Made by a program: the position numbers and the translations under genes. From contig JAGVMA010000068.1 of the NCBI GenBank assembly GCA_020054095.1, positions 10,913-74,912 on the forward strand: a stretch of DNA of 64,000 nt, written 5' to 3'. The stretch's first letter is position 1. Every line of letters starts with the position of its first letter. Of the stretch, positions 59,089 to 64,000 are shown one piece after another. The notes under the pieces were generated by a model. It had not been told where the DNA came from and did no database searches. It saw only the letters and a program-made list of their open reading frames with translations. The stretch is from Bacteroidia bacterium (lineage in GTDB: Bacteria > Bacteroidota > Bacteroidia > JADZBD01).

Positions 59089-62000
59089 TTATTTGTTTAT
59101 TACAATTTTGCGTGTTAAGGTACTATTGTTTACATTAATGTTTACAAAATAAACCCCCGCAGTTTCAATGTTGATATCCACCGCTTGTTTAAATGCGCTA
59201 ATGTTTTTTGTTGAGATTAACTCACCAATTGCATTGTAAACGGTGTAGCTAACATTGGTTAGCTCATCAAGATTAAACTGAATTTGCGGATTTGCAGAAC
59301 CATTGCTGTTTACACTTATCATGTTTTCGGAAACCGGCTTTTGTAGTTTTGAGGTTACATCAACACAGTTTGCGTTTTCGCTAATAAGGTGTAAAACAAA
59401 TCTATTTTGGTCGTCATCAACTTTTGCATCAAACGAATAAATTTGATTGTCTTTCAAGTTAACTCTAGTGCCCAATTGTAAATCCTCTAAAATTATACAC
59501 GAGTATTGTGCAGCATTTTCGATACCCGAAAGAGTTATGCTGTAATTACCATCAAAACCAATTTTAGTTTTAAGTGCTATTACATCGTGCTGTGTTGGAG
59601 CAAAGGTGTTGCGTGTGGTAAGAATGTTGTCAGCGCCTATCATACAGATGCTTGGGGCTAATTTTACGGGAGTTTTTACATAACGCGCATCAAGTCCTAA
59701 ATCATAATTCTTTGTCGCATTTTCATCAAAATTGATGCTTATTTCGTGCCAATAGTCTGTTCCTTTTCCGGTTAGTTTTAGTCTTAAACCATAAGTTGGT
59801 TGTACTATTCTATTGAACGCACTTGATGTGGATGTTGTTTTTGATGATTGTTCAAAATCAACAAAAGCACCAGCGCCCAGTGCATATACAAAAAAACCTT
59901 GCATTGGTGGGATGCTCACAGAACCGGTAAAGGAATTATAGTTGCCATTGTTATCAAGCATATAAAATGTTGGGTCAACATTAAATGTAGTAAGTAGGCT
60001 AAAATCAACATGTGAATGGAAAGGGTTACTGATAAGATTTGCGCCAGGATCAGCACTTGCAGAAAAAGTGAGGTTTGCGGTTTGTGTGCCGCTATTTGGT
60101 GTCCCTCTTGTATCTAGAGAACGCGTAGCAGTCCACGTAGTTAAATCATCACCCAAAAATATTTGATAGCCAACCGTAGGAGTTAAAGAAGTGCTTACGG
60201 ATGTAACTGCTACATAATCTGCCGCTGCTTCATCATAAGTAGTAACCGATTGAAAAGTAGGGCAGCAGGCATCACCATCCGGGCCACCCACACCGCTCAT
60301 GTACATTTCATTCGTAACTGATCCGTCCCAATCAGATAATGTTGAACTCGTTACTGCCGATCCGAAATCGTGCCAGTTAGCAGGTCGAGATGAAATGAAG
60401 CGCTGTAAAATAAATGTGCCGAAAAAAGTTCCGCTACCGCTGCCTATAATTGCAGTTTTAGTAGCATTTGATACCAAAGTAATTGTACCACCTGTATTTT
60501 GGAACATTCCTAAAGTTGGGGTTATTGAATTTGTAATAGTGTATGTTCCTGTAGTGGTTCTGATCCCAACTCCGGTGCAGTTTACGGTAAGATCGTAGAA
60601 TGTTGTGGCAACAGTAGCGGTTACTAATTGTAAGCCCGATGCTCTGTTAAAAGTAAAGTTTCCGCTTCTGGAATTTAAAGTAGCATTAAAAGCAGTATTT
60701 CCTGCAATAGTTACGGAATGGTTAGAAGTGCTCACATCAAACGTGCCGGCAGTTAAAGTAAATGTTCCGGTACATGTTATGGCTGAGCCAAGAGTAACCG
60801 AGCCACCAGCAGTTTTGTTCATTACAAAATTATTATATGTCTCACCACCGATTGCTGTAAGTGTACGAGTACCTGTATTAATCATATTCACTGTTCCGTT
60901 GCCTCCGGAGAATGTGCCCGCTGTACGAGACCAATTGCCATTGACAAAAATGGTTGATGAAGTTGATCCACCGTCAAGTGTACCCCCGGTAATTGTCATA
61001 TTGCCTGTCAGAGCGATGCTCGAATTTACAGTTGCAGTACCTGCATTCTGTTTTATAACATTGGCAAAAGTTTCAGGGGGGCTAGTTTTAGATATTGTTT
61101 GAGTACCGGATGTGGCTTGAAAAATAACAGTCCCATTTCGAGGCGTAAATGTGCCACCTGTATTATCCCAATTGCCAGAAATATATATCGCACGATTTGC
61201 GGTACTTGCGTCAAATGTCCCTGAGTTAATTGTGATACTCCCGGTTACCTGAATATTGCAACCCATCAAAACCGTACCTGATGAGGCGATAGTTAAATTT
61301 GTGAAATTCTCTTGTGCAGATTTGTTGATGTTTTGAGTGCTGCTACCATTAAATGTAACTGCCGCATTACTTGTGTTACCTATACCAACACCGTTCGTCC
61401 AATTGCCTGCAACAGACAAAAGAAAACCATTCCCATTGTATGAAGGTGAACCAGCAGCATTGATGGTGAAATTTCCATTTACTTGTGTATTTGCAAGTAG
61501 TGCCTTGGTGCCTGCATTGGAAAGCGATAAATGATGGTATGTGTTTCCGGCAGCAGCAAAAATACCTGCTGACGATGAGTAGGTTACTGTATTGGGATTA
61601 GCCGTTGCTGTAAGAGTTCCGCCCGAAGATGTAACACTTGTTGATAAAAGTAAAGACGCATTAGTATTATTTATGAAATTAGAACCGCTGGCTAATGTTA
61701 ATGAACCACCAACAAGATTTATAGTTCCGTTATTGGTTACAGTAACACCGGTATTAAGTATAATATTGCCCGCTTTAGTTATTGTGGTTGCGTTATTAAT
61801 AGTACCAGTACCGGCAAAAGTATAGTTGCCCGATGATGAAAACGCTCCACTTCCGCTTAACAAATGGCCTGTTCCGGAAAAAGAAATAGCGCCCGAACCA
61901 TTTAAAGTGCCTGCAACATTCAAAGTGCGCATTATGGTGATAGTGGTATTTAAACTTAATGTACCACCTACTTGTACATTTGCTGCTAAACATGAACCAC

Positions 62001-62184
62001 CATAAAAAAACATAGTATGTCCTGCTTGTATAACCACTGAGTCGGCTGCTGTAGGAACTTGTGCAGGGCTCCAAGCAGATGCAAAATGCCAAGTGCCTGA
62101 TGCTGCTACCGAAGTAAGTGTAACCGCAAACATATTTGAAGCAGACAGTACAGAAATAGCGAGGGAAATGTATAATTTTTTCAT
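59089..62184 (-). CDS. Large T9SS-secreted surface protein with Gly/Thr/Asn/Ser-rich beta-helix-like repeats (adhesin-like)
   Basis: Signal peptide. ~700 aa of degenerate G/T/N/S-rich repeats (...TGTxT..N.T...). C-terminal T9SS tail (NVSYTVYNAIGELI...GVYFVNI). Antisense ORFs on the + strand there are artefacts of the repeat composition. Confidence 0.75.
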   Translation of the reverse strand: MKKLYISLAISVLSASNMFAVTLTSVAASGTWHFASAWSPAQVPTAADSVVIQAGHTMFFYGGSCLAANVQVGGTLSLNTTITIMRTLNVAGTLNGSGAISFSGTGHLLSGSGAFSSSGNYTFAGTGTINNATTITKAGNIILNTGVTVTNNGTINLVGGSLTLASGSNFINNTNASLLLSTSVTSSGGTLTATANPNTVTYSSSAGIFAAAGNTYHHLSLSNAGTKALLANTQVNGNFTINAAGSPSYNGNGFLLSVAGNWTNGVGIGNTSNAAVTFNGSSTQNINKSAQENFTNLTIASSGTVLMGCNIQVTGSITINSGTFDASTANRAIYISGNWDNTGGTFTPRNGTVIFQATSGTQTISKTSPPETFANVIKQNAGTATVNSSIALTGNMTITGGTLDGGSTSSTIFVNGNWSRTAGTFSGGNGTVNMINTGTRTLTAIGGETYNNFVMNKTAGGSVTLGSAITCTGTFTLTAGTFDVSTSNHSVTIAGNTAFNATLNSRSGNFTFNRASGLQLVTATVATTFYDLTVNCTGVGIRTTTGTYTITNSITPTLGMFQNTGGTITLVSNATKTAIIGSGSGTFFGTFILQRFISSRPANWHDFGSAVTSSTLSDWDGSVTNEMYMSGVGGPDGDACCPTFQSVTTYDEAAADYVAVTSVSTSLTPTVGYQIFLGDDLTTWTATRSLDTRGTPNSGTQTANLTFSASADPGANLISNPFHSHVDFSLLTTFNVDPTFYMLDNNGNYNSFTGSVSIPPMQGFFVYALGAGAFVDFEQSSKTTSTSSAFNRIVQPTYGLRLKLTGKGTDYWHEISINFDENATKNYDLGLDARYVKTPVKLAPSICMIGADNILTTRNTFAPTQHDVIALKTKIGFDGNYSITLSGIENAAQYSCIILEDLQLGTRVNLKDNQIYSFDAKVDDDQNRFVLHLISENANCVDVTSKLQKPVSENMISVNSNGSANPQIQFNLDELTNVSYTVYNAIGELISTKNISAFKQAVDINIETAGVYFVNINVNNSTLTRKIVINK

Positions 62185-62384
62185 GCCTTTTTTTGTTTTT
62201 ATTTAGTACAAATAGGTAATAAAACTAACCTAAGGATATTCGCAATTCAGATTTATTTGGTTTCTTTGTAAAAGTAGAAAAAAATACAACACAGTAAAGC
62301 ATTCAACTTTAATTTTTTTAAACATATTCACCCTTGCAAGGCAACATAAAATCAAGTAATTCAATTGTTACGTTAGACGATTTG

Positions 62385-64000
62385 ATGTTTTTATGGCGCA
62401 TCGTCAAAAAAAACTGGTACATCGTTCTTATATGTGCAAGCTTGGCATACGTTATCGCCTACTTTTATGTTTTTAAATTAACTGATATTTATCAGGCAAA
62501 AACCGAGTTGCTTCTCAAAACCAATGAAGAATACAATCCCAGCAGTGTAATCTCCGAAAACTATGGTGGTTACTATTCATCATATATTGATAACTCAAAT
62601 GAAATAAGAATAATACAGTCATACGATTTGATAAAGCAGGCAATTAATTGCCTCAATATGAATGTGTCTTATTTTGTTGTAGGCAGAATAAGAACTACAG
62701 AAGTTTATGAAGGAATCCCATTTGAAGTGAAAATTGTGAATATTAATCCACAGTTTTACCAAGCGCCTTTTAAATTTAAAGTAATAAATACTAACGAATA
62801 TAAATTAGAATACCTCTCGAATGGCAAAGAGGTGGTGATCCAAAACCAGTTTAATAAAGAATTGGTTACCAACGATTTCATCTTTAATATCATCAAAAAA
62901 GAATCAATTAACGAGCGTACGATAAAAGATTTTGTGAAAATCGAATACCTTTTTACGGCTCATAGTGAAACTGCGCTTGTATATAAATTTATGTCAGGCA
63001 TAAAAGTAGAAAACCCTGACTATACAAACATACTTCGTATTACACTTGAGGATGTAATTCCACAAAGAGCAATTGTTTTTTTAGACACACTTGCGCAAGT
63101 TTATATGCGAAACAGTTTAAAATCCGAATTCGAAATAAACGAAAAAACGCTTACATATATTAATAAACAAATGGAAGAAATATCTTTTATGCTTGATAAC
63201 ATAGAAGATACTATGCAGAACTATAAAGAGATAAAAGACATTGTGGATTTTGGAATGCAAAAGAATGACTACTACTCTAAGTTCGCTAAGTACGACAACG
63301 AAAAATCAAATTTAATACTCGAGCAGCAGGCGCTTCTTGATTTAGAAGATTACATAATAAAGAATAAAGATCCTGAATTATTGCCACCATCGGTTTATAT
63401 TTCAACTAACGATATTTTTTTGGAAGGAAGAGTGGGCGAACTTTATGCACTCCAGCTTAGTAGAATTAGCGCATTGTCTTCTGCCACGCTTGAAAGCCCT
63501 GTTTTGAAGGAAATAGATGCAAAAATTACCAAACTTAAAGGTAATTTACTCACCTATATATCCAATCTTAAAGTAGCTCTCAGTAATAAAATGAATGACA
63601 TAAATGGTCGCATTGATAATTACATAGGCAATATAAAAACACTTCCACAAAAAGAACGAGACATTACAAATATTCAGAGAAAACTACAGGTGAATGAAAA
63701 CCTGTATTTATTTCTATTGCAAAAAAGAGCAAACACAACTATTGCAAAAGCCGGTATAATTCCTCAAATACGGGTTATAGAATTTGCCCGCTCAATGGGA
63801 GTAGTGAAACCCGACAGAAAAAAAATCACTAATAACTTTCTCATTTTTGGTGCTGTTTTAGGTTTGCTAATTGTTTTGATGCGTGTAATTTTCTTTGATA
63901 AAATAGAGAGTGTAGCCGAATTAAAACAGAAAACACATTTACCTGTTATTGGCGAAGTATTATTTGCGCCATCCATTAAAGAACTTGTGATAGCAGTTGA
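62385..64000 (+). CDS. Polysaccharide chain-length determinant / tyrosine autokinase (Wzc/GumC family), 3'-truncated by the window end
   Basis: Not in the ORF track because there is no stop in the window. ATG at 62385, then TM1 (WYIVLICASLAYVIAYFYV), a ~400-aa periplasmic coiled-coil Wzz domain, TM2 (FLIFGAVLGLLIVLMRVIFF), then the start of the kinase domain (LPVIGEV). Confidence 0.7.
   Translation, partial: MFLWRIVKKNWYIVLICASLAYVIAYFYVFKLTDIYQAKTELLLKTNEEYNPSSVISENYGGYYSSYIDNSNEIRIIQSYDLIKQAINCLNMNVSYFVVGRIRTTEVYEGIPFEVKIVNINPQFYQAPFKFKVINTNEYKLEYLSNGKEVVIQNQFNKELVTNDFIFNIIKKESINERTIKDFVKIEYLFTAHSETALVYKFMSGIKVENPDYTNILRITLEDVIPQRAIVFLDTLAQVYMRNSLKSEFEINEKTLTYINKQMEEISFMLDNIEDTMQNYKEIKDIVDFGMQKNDYYSKFAKYDNEKSNLILEQQALLDLEDYIIKNKDPELLPPSVYISTNDIFLEGRVGELYALQLSRISALSSATLESPVLKEIDAKITKLKGNLLTYISNLKVALSNKMNDINGRIDNYIGNIKTLPQKERDITNIQRKLQVNENLYLFLLQKRANTTIAKAGIIPQIRVIEFARSMGVVKPDRKKITNNFLIFGAVLGLLIVLMRVIFFDKIESVAELKQKTHLPVIGEVLFAPSIKELVIAV

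Noticed and set aside
60299-61825. Several 65-165-aa plus-strand ORFs (V/P-rich)
   Set aside because: They are antisense to the Gly/Thr-rich repeat region of the 1031-aa T9SS protein. They are artefacts of the repetitive codon usage.

Overview
This looks like a chromosomal segment from an AT-rich Bacteroidota genome (Flavobacteriia/Cytophagia-like). The evidence is that at least seven proteins end in type-IX secretion (T9SS) C-terminal sorting domains, the E1 alpha and beta subunits are fused into one gene, and a DUF1573-yajC-ybbR-coaE cluster is present. About 50 densely packed genes are present. Most are housekeeping: recR, eno, recN, fabI, bioA, coaE, yajC, glyA, a futalosine-pathway radical SAM enzyme, an RluF-type pseudouridine synthase, a DEAD-box helicase and an enoyl-CoA hydratase. 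Interspersed are many secreted or surface proteins: tandem M43 metalloproteases, a CotH-family protein, a SprB-repeat protein, a 1179-aa LamG/Ig-repeat adhesin, a 1031-aa Gly/Thr-rich T9SS protein, and a TPR-MORN repeat protein. I found no tRNA, rRNA, CRISPR array, transposase or integrase. The most interesting locus is at 57.8-64 kb. It is a minus-strand cassette of a small exosortase F (XrtF) and its companion membrane protein (possibly co-transcribed with the large T9SS protein upstream), sitting divergent from a Wzc-like polysaccharide chain-length determinant. Immediately upstream of xrtF, with no intergenic gap, lies an unannotated 80-aa ORF. It carries a signal peptide, an (MGPP)3 repeat encoded by a 12-bp x3 DNA repeat, and a PEP-CTERM-like tail (P-I-D-GG, a hydrophobic helix, then a basic cluster). 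To my knowledge no cognate substrate has been reported for the Bacteroidota-specific XrtF, so this ORF is a candidate. Other notable points are: a GT2-phosphoglycosyltransferase fusion; a sigma-54 activator without a DNA-binding domain; a sigma-54-type promoter match upstream of an OmpA/TolB-like gene; a TPR sensor protein cut off where a PP2C/SpoIIE domain would begin; a decayed DUF1801-like pseudogene; near-identical 219-bp tandem coding repeats inside the adhesin gene; and five clean hairpin terminators.
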